In this document: in pieces, positions 9,716 to 17,593 of the stretch
Layout of the letters: every line of letters starts with the position of its first letter
How positions within the stretch are numbered: position 1 is the first letter of the stretch
Assembly: GCA_964196225.1 (NCBI GenBank)
Contig: CAXMSP010000016.1
Span: 15,036-79,035 of the forward strand
DNA from: an uncultured Gammaproteobacteria bacterium
GTDB lineage: Bacteria; Pseudomonadota; Gammaproteobacteria; GCA-001735895
Direction of reading: 5' to 3'
Length of the DNA stretch: 64,000 nucleotides
Position numbers and translations under genes: made by a program
Notes under the pieces: generated by a model
Database searches by the model: none
What the model was told of the DNA's origin: nothing
Seen by the model: the letters and a program-made list of their open reading frames with translations, nothing else

Positions 9716-10795
9716 ATGTCGCAGCCAAACCTAAAACTGGCCCCGCCCACCGACACCGGTTTTCGTATCCTGGATACGCTTAATTCGTCGATACTGTGCC
9801 TCGATAGCGAACGCTGCATCACCTACGTCAACTCGGGCGGCGAGGCACTGTTCGAAAGCAGCGCGTCGAACCTGGTCGGACGCCAATTCGACAGCCTGCT
9901 GAGCCAGGTGGAACCTTCCAGCATACTCTCGAAACTGACCCTCGATTCGATAACATTCACCGAACACGAAGCGGTCATTACGCTTGCCGATGGCAGGGCA
10001 ATTATTGCCAATTACAGCATTTACCCGCTCGACGGGCAGACAGCAGATGATGAGATCGTGCTGGAGATTCGTCAGTCTGAACACCAGGCACAGTTTGCGC
10101 AAGATGAACTCAATCAACTGCAACAGCAGGCCACCCAGCAGCTCGCGCGTGGGCTCGCGCATGAAATCAATAATCCGTTAGGCGGTATTCGAGGCGCAGC
10201 GCAGTTGCTACAACGAGCGCTCGACCGTCCCGAGTGGACCGAGTATACCGAGGTAATCATCAGCGAAGTTGACCGCCTGCAATCCCTGACCAGCAAGATG
10301 CTCGTGCCCGGAAGCAGAATGCAGCGCGCGGAAGTCAACATACTCGAGGTGCTGGAACATATCCGCAAGATCATTCTGGCGGCCGAGCCTGATCGCATAA
10401 TAATAAGACGTGACTATGACCCCAGTATTCCGGAAATCATGGCAGATCGCGACATGCTGATCCAGGCTTTCCTGAATATCGCTCGAAACGCGGTACAGGC
10501 GATCGAGGGAAGCGGTGAAATCACCTTCAAGACTCGCGTGGGTCGACAGTTCACCATCGGTCAGATCACCCATCCGCTGGTAGTACAGGTCGACATTACC
10601 GACAGCGGCCGGGGTATTCCACATGATTTGGGCGAGACTATTTTTCTGCCAATGATTACTGACAAGCCCGAAGGCAGTGGCCTCGGCCTGCCGATTGCGC
10701 AGGAAATAATCTCCCGGCACGGGGGCACCATTCACCTGCACAGTTCTGACCGCGGAACCACCTTTAGCACCATTCTGCCCCTGGAAAAGACATGA
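9716..10795 (+). CDS. glnL: Nitrogen regulation sensor histidine kinase NtrB
   Basis: It has a PAS-like N-terminus, the H-box LARGLAHEINNPLGGIRGAAQLL and a HATPase domain (NIARNAVQA, DSGRGIP, GSGLGLP). It sits immediately downstream of glnA. Confidence 0.9.
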   Translation: MSQPNLKLAPPTDTGFRILDTLNSSILCLDSERCITYVNSGGEALFESSASNLVGRQFDSLLSQVEPSSILSKLTLDSITFTEHEAVITLADGRAIIANYSIYPLDGQTADDEIVLEIRQSEHQAQFAQDELNQLQQQATQQLARGLAHEINNPLGGIRGAAQLLQRALDRPEWTEYTEVIISEVDRLQSLTSKMLVPGSRMQRAEVNILEVLEHIRKIILAAEPDRIIIRRDYDPSIPEIMADRDMLIQAFLNIARNAVQAIEGSGEITFKTRVGRQFTIGQITHPLVVQVDITDSGRGIPHDLGETIFLPMITDKPEGSGLGLPIAQEIISRHGGTIHLHSSDRGTTFSTILPLEKT

Positions 10796-11436
10796 ATCTA
10801 GCGACTAGCATTGCACCCCTTAAAATCTGGATCATCGATGATGATCAATCAATGCGCTGGGTACTGGAAAAGACCCTGTCCAATAATGGCTACCAGGTAT
10901 CCGCCTTCGAATCCGGCTCGGTTGCACTGGCTACATTCAAGCGTACCGAGTCCGAGGCACGCCCGCGCCTGATCATCACCGATGTGCGCATGCCCGGGAT
11001 TAACGGTTTCGAGCTGCTTAAGCAAATCAAGAATATATCACCACAAACGCCGATCATCGTGATGACGGCGTACACCGACCTCGATACCACTGTGCAGGCG
11101 TTCCAGGAGGGCGCTTTTGAATACCTGCCCAAACCTTTCGATATCGACGACGCGCTCGAACTGGTTGCGCGTGCCTGTGAACCCGTGGTTGAAACCGGTG
11201 CCAATCTGCCGCGATTTCCAGACGAAATTGGTGACTGGCAGGCGCAACTACGCCTGTGGGCTAAGCAGCAACTGTCACAGGGAGAAACCGACATTCTTAA
11301 GAACGCTGCCAGGACCTTTGAGAAAACCCTGCTGGATTGTGCGCTCGAAGCCACGCGCGGACGCAAACAGGATGCGGCCCGGCTGCTTGGCTGGGGCAGG
11401 AATACCCTGACCCGAAAACTAAAGGAGTTAAGTTAA
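10792..11436 (+). CDS. NtrC-like response regulator lacking the sigma54 AAA+ domain (REC plus Fis-type HTH only)
   Basis: 214 aa. The REC domain is intact (IIDDD, ITDVRMPG, MTAY, YLPKP). The C-terminus QDAARLLGWGRNTLTRKLKELS is the NtrC HTH. No Walker A or GAFTGA segment lies between them. The start overlaps the ntrB stop. Confidence 0.85.
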   Translation: MNLATSIAPLKIWIIDDDQSMRWVLEKTLSNNGYQVSAFESGSVALATFKRTESEARPRLIITDVRMPGINGFELLKQIKNISPQTPIIVMTAYTDLDTTVQAFQEGAFEYLPKPFDIDDALELVARACEPVVETGANLPRFPDEIGDWQAQLRLWAKQQLSQGETDILKNAARTFEKTLLDCALEATRGRKQDAARLLGWGRNTLTRKLKELS

Positions 11437-11439
11437 TTC

Positions 11440-11580
11440 CGTCATTCCGGCCTTCGAGCCGGAATCGATTCGCGCCACGCCCCCATTACCAGAACAAGGA
11501 TAGTCAGCGTGGACATTCGGGATGATTTTAATAAAGTCATCCACGCGCAATAACGTCATCCCCGCGAAAGCGGGGATCTC
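11440..11580. repeat. Cluster of short GTCATYCC-hairpin-GGRATC palindromic repeats (REP-like)
   Basis: CGTCATTCCGGCCTTCGAGCCGGAATC lies at 11440-11466 and CGTCATCCCCGCGAAAGCGGGGATCTC at 11554-11580. Degenerate or inverted copies lie between them (GGACATTCGGGATGA, AGTCATCCACGCG). The same family recurs at 61541-61700. Confidence 0.55.
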
Positions 11581-11653
11581 GCAACTATGACATTGTCGTA
11601 AGATTCTCGTTGCGCGGATATGACCCGGCTTAGGAGATATGCCGACTACGATC

Positions 11654-12388
11654 CTATTCAGAAATGCACTTCATGTAGGCCTGTTCCAGCGTTTCGGCCT
11701 GGTAGCGCTGCATGCAGTCTTCAGGAGTTCCCTGGTACTTCATTTCACCGTCATGCAGAATGCCGAACTGGTCGCAAAGATCCTCGGCATCGGCAAGCAG
11801 ATGCGTGCTGTATAGTACAGTACGTCCGGCAACTTTTTCTTCCTTCATCAACTCCTTGAAATGGTAACGCGCGCGCGGGTCGAGTCCGCTTAATGGCTCA
11901 TCAAGAATCAGCAGTTGCCGCTCGAGTATGAAGCAGCTCACCAGCCCCAGTTTCTGCACCATTCCCTTGGAATAACCACCCACCCTGGAGTCAAGCCGGT
12001 CGGGTGGGAAATCGAGTCTCTCTGAGAGTTCGGTAATTTTCTGTTTCCCGGGATTCTGATGATAAACCGCTGCGATAAAATCGAGATACTGCTGCCCCGT
12101 GATATTTTTTTTCACATCAAACTTTTCCGGCAGATAAGCAAGTTGGTCGCGACAGCTCGGGTCTCGATTATTGGTGCCGAATATTTTGATTTCCCCGCCT
12201 GGTAACGGTCGAATCAAATCAAGAATTAATTTTATTAGCGTCGACTTGCCGGCACCGTTGATCCCTGCGATCGCGAAATAACTATGCGTCGGGATTTCAA
12301 TCGCCAACGCTTTCAGGATATCAAGGCCAGAAACAGAATAAGAAAGGTTGGTCAGTGAAACTGCGTTATTCATCGCGACTGGGGTCAA
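11654..12388 (-). CDS. ABC transporter ATP-binding protein (ABC-2/CcmA-like)
   Basis: It has Walker A GINGAGKST, signature YSKGMVQKL, Walker B LLILDEPLSGLD and an H-loop STH. Confidence 0.85.
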   Translation of the reverse strand: MTPVAMNNAVSLTNLSYSVSGLDILKALAIEIPTHSYFAIAGINGAGKSTLIKLILDLIRPLPGGEIKIFGTNNRDPSCRDQLAYLPEKFDVKKNITGQQYLDFIAAVYHQNPGKQKITELSERLDFPPDRLDSRVGGYSKGMVQKLGLVSCFILERQLLILDEPLSGLDPRARYHFKELMKEEKVAGRTVLYSTHLLADAEDLCDQFGILHDGEMKYQGTPEDCMQRYQAETLEQAYMKCISE

Positions 12389-12448
12389 GTCTATTTATAA
12401 TACTACTTGCTATTTCCCTTAACTCCACGTCTTGTTCCAAAGCCTGTT

Positions 12449-12634
12449 TTACCATGTGGATTGCACCAGATACCCACCATACCCTTTTAATCCGAATAAT
12501 TCACCAATCTCGTTCAAACCTAAACCCCCTATCCTTGGGGCCAGATACATGGCCAATTTTCGCGGCTGATTTTTAAAACCTCGACCTTTTTTATCCCCTT
12601 TGTGTATTGCCAAAAAAAAGGCCTGCGAGAACAA
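12449..12634 (-). pseudogene. Remnant of a DnaA_C-like HTH segment, as found at the C-terminus of some IS200/RAYT-type transposases
   Basis: The 61-aa ORF contains RKLAMYLAPRIGGLGLNEIGELFGLKGYGG. This resembles the DnaA domain IV-like helix-turn-helix (xRxxAMYLxRxxTxLSLxEIGxxFG). It is far too short to be a complete gene. Confidence 0.35.
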
Positions 12635-12644
12635 TCGCAGGCCT
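12612..12644 (-). terminator. Rho-independent terminator after the orphan pilin gene
   Basis: The minus strand reads AGGCCTGCGA-TTGTTC-TCGCAGGCCT followed by TTTTTTTT. Confidence 0.75.
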
Positions 12645-12663
12645 GGTATTAACAGGTCGAACT

Positions 12664-13287
12664 TTAGAAGCGGAACACGATAGTGTACAGGGTTGTATCC
12701 ACATACGGCGGTGTTGCTGTGACACCGGGAGGAAGAACTTCACCTAGAGCAGCCGGAATATACCCGCGGACGCGTCCGGTAGTAGTAACACCATCGTCCA
12801 GCCTGGATTCGAGTACTTTAACAACCTGACCTTCCAATCCGCCAAACGCGGTGACATGGCCTTGTATTCCCAGCCCGTTGTAGTTAATGCCAACCTTGCC
12901 ACCATAAGCATTTTGCTGTGGGTCGATATCGGCCGCAGCACCATTCACCAGTCCAGATGATCGCAGGTGCGTCCAAAAAAAGCCTGTTTCATCGGCGACG
13001 GCAGGTGCCTGCCAGTTTCCTGCAATCGTTCCATCCCCATTTCCGCTGGTAGGGCCAGAATCGAAACGACCATTAGCGGCGTCATCATCCCCGGGTAACT
13101 GCAGGTAACGATCCTGATAAGAGAATATCGCCGCCTGTATGCCCGCGTTGTCGCTTTCAATGCGCTTGATTTTTGCATTGGTAATCATTTCCTGGCCTTT
13201 CAGTACGCCGCCGATCAGCAGCCCCACGATGACCAGTACGATCGCGATTTCAACCAGGGTGAAACCTCTTTGTTTTGATAATTGCAT
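12664..13287 (-). CDS. Prepilin-type (class III signal) pilin/pseudopilin, orphan, probable filament subunit
   Basis: MQLSKQRG/FTLVEIAIVLVIVGLLIGGVLKGQEMI is a class III signal with Glu5. The protein is 207 aa and has no cysteines. GGAG lies 6 nt upstream of the ATG at 13287. The ORF-track start at 13332 is rejected. Confidence 0.8.
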   Translation of the reverse strand: MQLSKQRGFTLVEIAIVLVIVGLLIGGVLKGQEMITNAKIKRIESDNAGIQAAIFSYQDRYLQLPGDDDAANGRFDSGPTSGNGDGTIAGNWQAPAVADETGFFWTHLRSSGLVNGAAADIDPQQNAYGGKVGINYNGLGIQGHVTAFGGLEGQVVKVLESRLDDGVTTTGRVRGYIPAALGEVLPPGVTATPPYVDTTLYTIVFRF

Positions 13288-13327
13288 CTGAATCTCCAAA
13301 TTGTTGGTTGTGTCTGAATAACCAATA

Positions 13328-13344
13328 TGCATTTAATATGCCAG
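13328..13344 (-). promoter_or_regulatory. Sigma54 (-24/-12) promoter of the orphan pilin
   Basis: The minus strand reads CTGGCAT-ATTAA-ATGCA. GG and GC are separated by exactly 10 nt, and the element lies about 40 nt upstream of the ATG at 13287. Confidence 0.6.
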
Positions 13345-13391
13345 ATTTGATAAATCCTTATATTTCTTAGATAGTTATAGAATCCTTAAAT

Positions 13392-14129
13392 CTAATTCTC
13401 GATAGATTGTCGGGATTCGAACAACTCCTGTTGGAATTTGGACAACTTTTCCTCTAAAAATCGCTTTTCATCCGGATCAATTACCGCTTTTGACTGCAGC
13501 ATTGCCTCGATAATTGCAATCGCGGATTCAAGTTCATTCAATTCGGCGAGCAACAGGAAACGGATATCGCGCGCCCATTGCGGCATCACCGTGCTGGCCG
13601 GCTGCAGCGCCAGCTTCTCCGCCAGGCGCAAGGCCAGTTTCAAATCCCCTACTTTATGCTTGGCGATCACGCTTGTCTCTGCCAGGCGTCGCCAGTGCAA
13701 TTGCGGCGCGTGGTCGAAATTGCGCTCGATGAAACCGAGCATTAATCGCAAGCGGCTCTCATCGCGCGTCTGGCTGTAGACGCGTGACGCCAACAGCATC
13801 GGGTATTCCGAGGTCGGGTTGACGCGGGTTATCTGTTCGAGCCATTCCACCAACACCGCGTAATCGATCCGGTTATAGCTGAAATATTGGCCAGCCTGAC
13901 TGTCATGCAGTTGCAGGCGGATGGCAAGCAGGTAACCCAGTAACTTTTCCGACCCCATCGCGATACCCTGGTAAGTCGAGGCCTGTAGAGGATTCGAAAG
14001 CGGCTGGTAACGAATCTCGCGCGACACCTGGCTATAGTGATGGAACAGCAGCTGGCTTAACAAAATCAGCATAAATCCCCCTATCAAAGGCACCGGCAAT
14101 TGCAGTAGTGGGCGCTCCGCGCGACGCAT
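13392..14129 (-). CDS. Hypothetical membrane-anchored helical-repeat protein
   Basis: 245 aa with one N-terminal TM (LIGGFMLILLSQLLF) followed by an alpha-helical, TPR-like region. Its start directly abuts the stop of the upstream permease-like gene. Confidence 0.5.
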   Translation of the reverse strand: MRRAERPLLQLPVPLIGGFMLILLSQLLFHHYSQVSREIRYQPLSNPLQASTYQGIAMGSEKLLGYLLAIRLQLHDSQAGQYFSYNRIDYAVLVEWLEQITRVNPTSEYPMLLASRVYSQTRDESRLRLMLGFIERNFDHAPQLHWRRLAETSVIAKHKVGDLKLALRLAEKLALQPASTVMPQWARDIRFLLLAELNELESAIAIIEAMLQSKAVIDPDEKRFLEEKLSKFQQELFESRQSIEN

Positions 14130-14924
14130 CTAGAGGTTAAACTCCTTGCGATAAAAATCGACCAGGCAAACCGCAATTAAAAATAACGCGTAGATTAGGG
14201 TTGAAGAAAACTGAACTGAAATAGTTTCGATTAAATTGACGTTACCAAAAAACACGTCGTTTTCGGCAAACGTCTCCAGCCCGGGAACCAGGTATAAAAT
14301 TGCGCCGAAAATAAAATCCACGAATCGACTGATGAGACTACCATCCGATAATCGGACCGATTCTGCTAGCATTTGTGATATCAGTCCCGACAACTTCGCC
14401 AGCAGGTAAACCGCAAGCGAAAAACAGACCGCGAGCGGAATTTTTTCGAGACTCAGTATTGCCAGCAATCCTAACAGGCCGAGCAGAAAGATTTCCAGCC
14501 AGAGCGCTGACGCCCAGTAAAGACCCACCTGCCAATCACTGTAGAAAGATATCACCAGCAACACCGGCAGCACCAGCAACAGGCAGAGGCTCGCGATCAC
14601 CAGCACCTGCGCGACGATATACTGCCAGCGCGAAAGCGGCATCGTCAGCAGGCGTTCAAATTGTTTGAATTCATAGTCCTCGGCGACACTGGTGGTTATC
14701 ACCAGCAAGGCGAAAAGTCCGAGACTATAGCGTAAAAAATCGGCCACCAGCGCAACCACGATCGCCTTGCCGTTGATAATCGCGAGTTCGCTGAAAAAAC
14801 TCCCCACCAGCATCGTGAGCAGCGCGAGCACCGGCACCACTACCAGCAAACGTCGGTTTAGAATTCCCAGCATCAGGTATCTAAACAGTGATATAGTTTG
14901 AGCGAACATTCGAGTTTCGGGCAC
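14130..14924 (-). CDS. Polytopic membrane protein, ABC-2-type permease-like
   Basis: 264 aa with about 6 hydrophobic segments. I see no catalytic motifs. The permease assignment rests on topology and on the nearby ABC ATPase. Confidence 0.5.
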   Translation of the reverse strand: MPETRMFAQTISLFRYLMLGILNRRLLVVVPVLALLTMLVGSFFSELAIINGKAIVVALVADFLRYSLGLFALLVITTSVAEDYEFKQFERLLTMPLSRWQYIVAQVLVIASLCLLLVLPVLLVISFYSDWQVGLYWASALWLEIFLLGLLGLLAILSLEKIPLAVCFSLAVYLLAKLSGLISQMLAESVRLSDGSLISRFVDFIFGAILYLVPGLETFAENDVFFGNVNLIETISVQFSSTLIYALFLIAVCLVDFYRKEFNL

Positions 14925-14969
14925 CTTAGATTAGAATAAATTCCCTACTGCAATTCGGCCAGCAAATCC

Positions 14970-14985
14970 TGGCATCGACGCTGCT
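14970..14985 (+). promoter_or_regulatory. Candidate sigma54 -24/-12 element upstream of the histidine kinase
   Basis: TGGCAT-CGACG-CTGCT has correct GG-N10-GC spacing. It lies only about 14 nt before the annotated TTG start, so either the start is further downstream or the match is fortuitous. Confidence 0.3.
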
Positions 14986-14998
14986 GACCTACCACGTT

Positions 14999-16606
14999 TT
15001 GATCTGGGTCGTCGATGAACCCCGGTTAAGGCTTGCGCTGTCGTTCATATTGTATGGCCTATTCCTGCTCTGGCAACCTCTCTGGAGCAAAGAGGCCAAA
15101 ATCGACAAGCGGCCAGTGGCATTCATCGCCGTTTTTTTCATCGCTATCACATTTTACTTTCCTAAAGAATCACTGGTTTTCTTTGGTTTGATCCTGTCAG
15201 GCCTGATCGGCAGTCGATTGCTCGGCCAGAGTTCGTTCCGTTCCTTCGACCTGTTGGCGCTACTAATCATCATCCTGGAAATGGTGGTCGGGCTGGTACC
15301 GGATACTTTCAGGCAAATAGAGCTACCGGCGTTATTCAGCGAATACATGCAGACCATCATCCTGGTCCCAGTACTGCTGTTTTTCTTTGCCCCTAATCCC
15401 GATGAGCGAAAACAGCAGCGCAGCCAGGTCGACCTGATGCATGGATTGCTTGCGGCAACGCTGATCTTCATCGTGCTGCTCGGTGGTATCGTTATCAACC
15501 TGCTATACGGGGTCGACTATATCGACGGGTTACTGTTAACCGTATTCATCGTCTCGACACTGACGATCGGCATAAGCTGGTTCTGGAACCCGGGCGTGGG
15601 TTACTCCGGCATCGGCGTACTATGGAATCGGTACGCGATGACGATAGGTGGACCCTTCGAGACCTGGATCAATACGCTGACTACGTTAATCGAGGAACCC
15701 TACCTCAGTCCGGCAGAATATCTTGAAGCCGCCTGCGAACACCTGGTCGAGAATGACTGGCTAAACGGGATTGAATGGAATTTTAAAAATCAGAAAATCC
15801 AGGCCGGTGATATGGCCGGCACCCGCCTGAAACATCAACTGGCTGACGACTTGACCGTGGTGTTGTATTTCAAATCAAACCCGGGGACGGCGCTGGAGCA
15901 ACACACGATATTATTGATTCGCATGGCCTACCAGTTTTATCTGGCCAAGCTCAACCAGGAAAAAATGCGCGCGCAGGAGCATTTCGCGACGATCCATCAC
16001 ACCGGCGCCAGGCTGACGCATGATATGAAAAATATTCTGCAGTCGATCAAGGCTTCGCTCAGCATTCTGGGCAGGGATAGTGACACCACGGAATCGGAAC
16101 AGCTATTACAGGCTAATTTAAACCAAATCGGAACTCGTCTCGAAAGCACGCTGCATAAACTCAAGGCACCGGCGCTTAATACCAAGATTGTCCTGGTGGA
16201 TTGCAAAAACTGGATCGAGCGTATCAGCAAGCAATACCGTTCGAACAAGCAGCTGCAATTCCATAGCGACATCGAGAACAATGTTAGTCTACCGATTGAT
16301 TTATTCGACAGCGTCATCGAAAACCTGCTCAACAATGCAATGAAGAAACCATCGGCGAGTCAAATCGATGTGCGTCTGATGAGCAGTGAAAATATTGTCG
16401 TACTCTCGGTGTGTGACAATGGCGACGCGATCGAGGCAGAGATCGAGGAACACCTGTTTACGCAACCGATTTCCTCCGGCAGCGGCATGGGCATCGGGCT
16501 TTACCAGTCAGCGATTATGGCACTTGCCTTTAACTACGAACTCGAGCTGAGCCAGAATGAACGCGGCCGGGTCTGCTTTAATTTATACCAGCACCTGGCG
16601 GACTAA
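14999..16606 (+). CDS. Polytopic sensor histidine kinase (PrsK-like H-box)
   Basis: The N-terminal half of about 200 aa has at least 6 TM segments. It has the H-box GARLTHDMKNILQSIK and a HATPase domain (ENLLNNAMKK, DNGDAI, GMGIGLYQS). The TTG start is uncertain. The gene is convergent with the filament cluster. Confidence 0.8.
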   Translation: MIWVVDEPRLRLALSFILYGLFLLWQPLWSKEAKIDKRPVAFIAVFFIAITFYFPKESLVFFGLILSGLIGSRLLGQSSFRSFDLLALLIIILEMVVGLVPDTFRQIELPALFSEYMQTIILVPVLLFFFAPNPDERKQQRSQVDLMHGLLAATLIFIVLLGGIVINLLYGVDYIDGLLLTVFIVSTLTIGISWFWNPGVGYSGIGVLWNRYAMTIGGPFETWINTLTTLIEEPYLSPAEYLEAACEHLVENDWLNGIEWNFKNQKIQAGDMAGTRLKHQLADDLTVVLYFKSNPGTALEQHTILLIRMAYQFYLAKLNQEKMRAQEHFATIHHTGARLTHDMKNILQSIKASLSILGRDSDTTESEQLLQANLNQIGTRLESTLHKLKAPALNTKIVLVDCKNWIERISKQYRSNKQLQFHSDIENNVSLPIDLFDSVIENLLNNAMKKPSASQIDVRLMSSENIVVLSVCDNGDAIEAEIEEHLFTQPISSGSGMGIGLYQSAIMALAFNYELELSQNERGRVCFNLYQHLAD

Positions 16607-16719
16607 ATCGCCCGGCATCGTCAGGGAAAAATGGCATCCCAAAATACGCAATGCGTATATCCTGGATGCTAAAATGGGATATTTTTTTATGGGCCCGCTT
16701 TCACGGAAGAAAAATCCGG

Positions 16720-17586
16720 CTAAGGTAATTGCCCGGCATCGATCATTTTGGAAAAGAGTAAATTCGGTGACCCCCACTTGACGACATCGTCAAAATCATC
16801 GGCAAACCCGGTAGTTCTGCGCACAAAAGTGGTTTCTCCCCCCGCTACATCTTTAAGCAAGTATTGGTTAAGACTTGGCCCAAGACCCATGGCCAGGGTT
16901 GCATCATTCGTCAGATTAGCACCAATATTTTCAAGCTCGTCCCCGGCCGCTGCGCCGTCGTTCCAGTTCTTGCCCTGGGATAGCAGCACAAAAGGCGCGC
17001 CTCCATAAACCACGGGTGGACCAACATTATAGGTACCAAAGACCTCTACCGCACCCGTGCACTGGTTATTCGTGGAGGTCCCATTGTCGTCGCAGATCAA
17101 GTAAATCCCATCGAGGTCGGTATAACCATCCGTATTCGAATCTACCAGGCCAACGGCGCGCATTTCTCCGTTATTGACGAAGTCTGATCCGCCAGCGCCA
17201 TTAAAGTCATTATCGGTAACATAGTACCGGTAAGGATTACCCCAGGGGTCCAGCATTAGCGAATCAGCATTGAGTCGGCCGGTCAGGCCGAGTGTATTCG
17301 CCGGCACGAAGCCACCGAAATTGTTGCAATCAGCCCCGCCACCACCATCTTCAGCCCCGGCTGTATTGGGGATTGCAGGACAGGGCAGGCGACCGTTTAC
17401 CTGTGCAAACCCAACAATGGCCCCTATTATCTGGTCCATCTCCTGTTCGACCGCACGATATTTTTTCAGCTCCTGTTGTTTCGGGAACAACGCCACGGTA
17501 TACCCCAGTAAAACAGAAACTATCAGCAGTGCAATTGCGATTTCAACGAGGGTAAAGCCTGATTCGGATGGTGTCATTGTGCGCAT
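16720..17586 (-). CDS. GspG-family pseudopilin with enlarged globular domain
   Basis: MRTMTPSESG/FTLVEIAIALLIVSVLLG is a class III signal. LDPWGNPYRYYV matches the GspG DPWGNPY motif. It also has FVLLSQGKNWNDG and a Ca-loop-like DSNTDGYTDLDG. At 288 aa it is about twice the normal GspG length. Confidence 0.7.
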   Translation of the reverse strand: MRTMTPSESGFTLVEIAIALLIVSVLLGYTVALFPKQQELKKYRAVEQEMDQIIGAIVGFAQVNGRLPCPAIPNTAGAEDGGGGADCNNFGGFVPANTLGLTGRLNADSLMLDPWGNPYRYYVTDNDFNGAGGSDFVNNGEMRAVGLVDSNTDGYTDLDGIYLICDDNGTSTNNQCTGAVEVFGTYNVGPPVVYGGAPFVLLSQGKNWNDGAAAGDELENIGANLTNDATLAMGLGPSLNQYLLKDVAGGETTFVRRTTGFADDFDDVVKWGSPNLLFSKMIDAGQLP

Positions 17587-17593
17587 GTTATTG

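Noticed and set aside
12355-12576. 73-aa plus-strand ORF between the ABC ATPase and the pilin
   Set aside because: It overlaps the ABC ATPase start and the transposase-like remnant on the opposite strand. It has no RBS and a low-complexity hydrophobic sequence.
16610-16741. 11-nt direct repeat GCCCGGCATCG at 16610 and 16731, in the convergent gap between the kinase and the pseudopilin
   Set aside because: It is too short to interpret as an att or target-site duplication. One copy lies inside the pseudopilin coding sequence, and no mobile-element genes lie between the copies.
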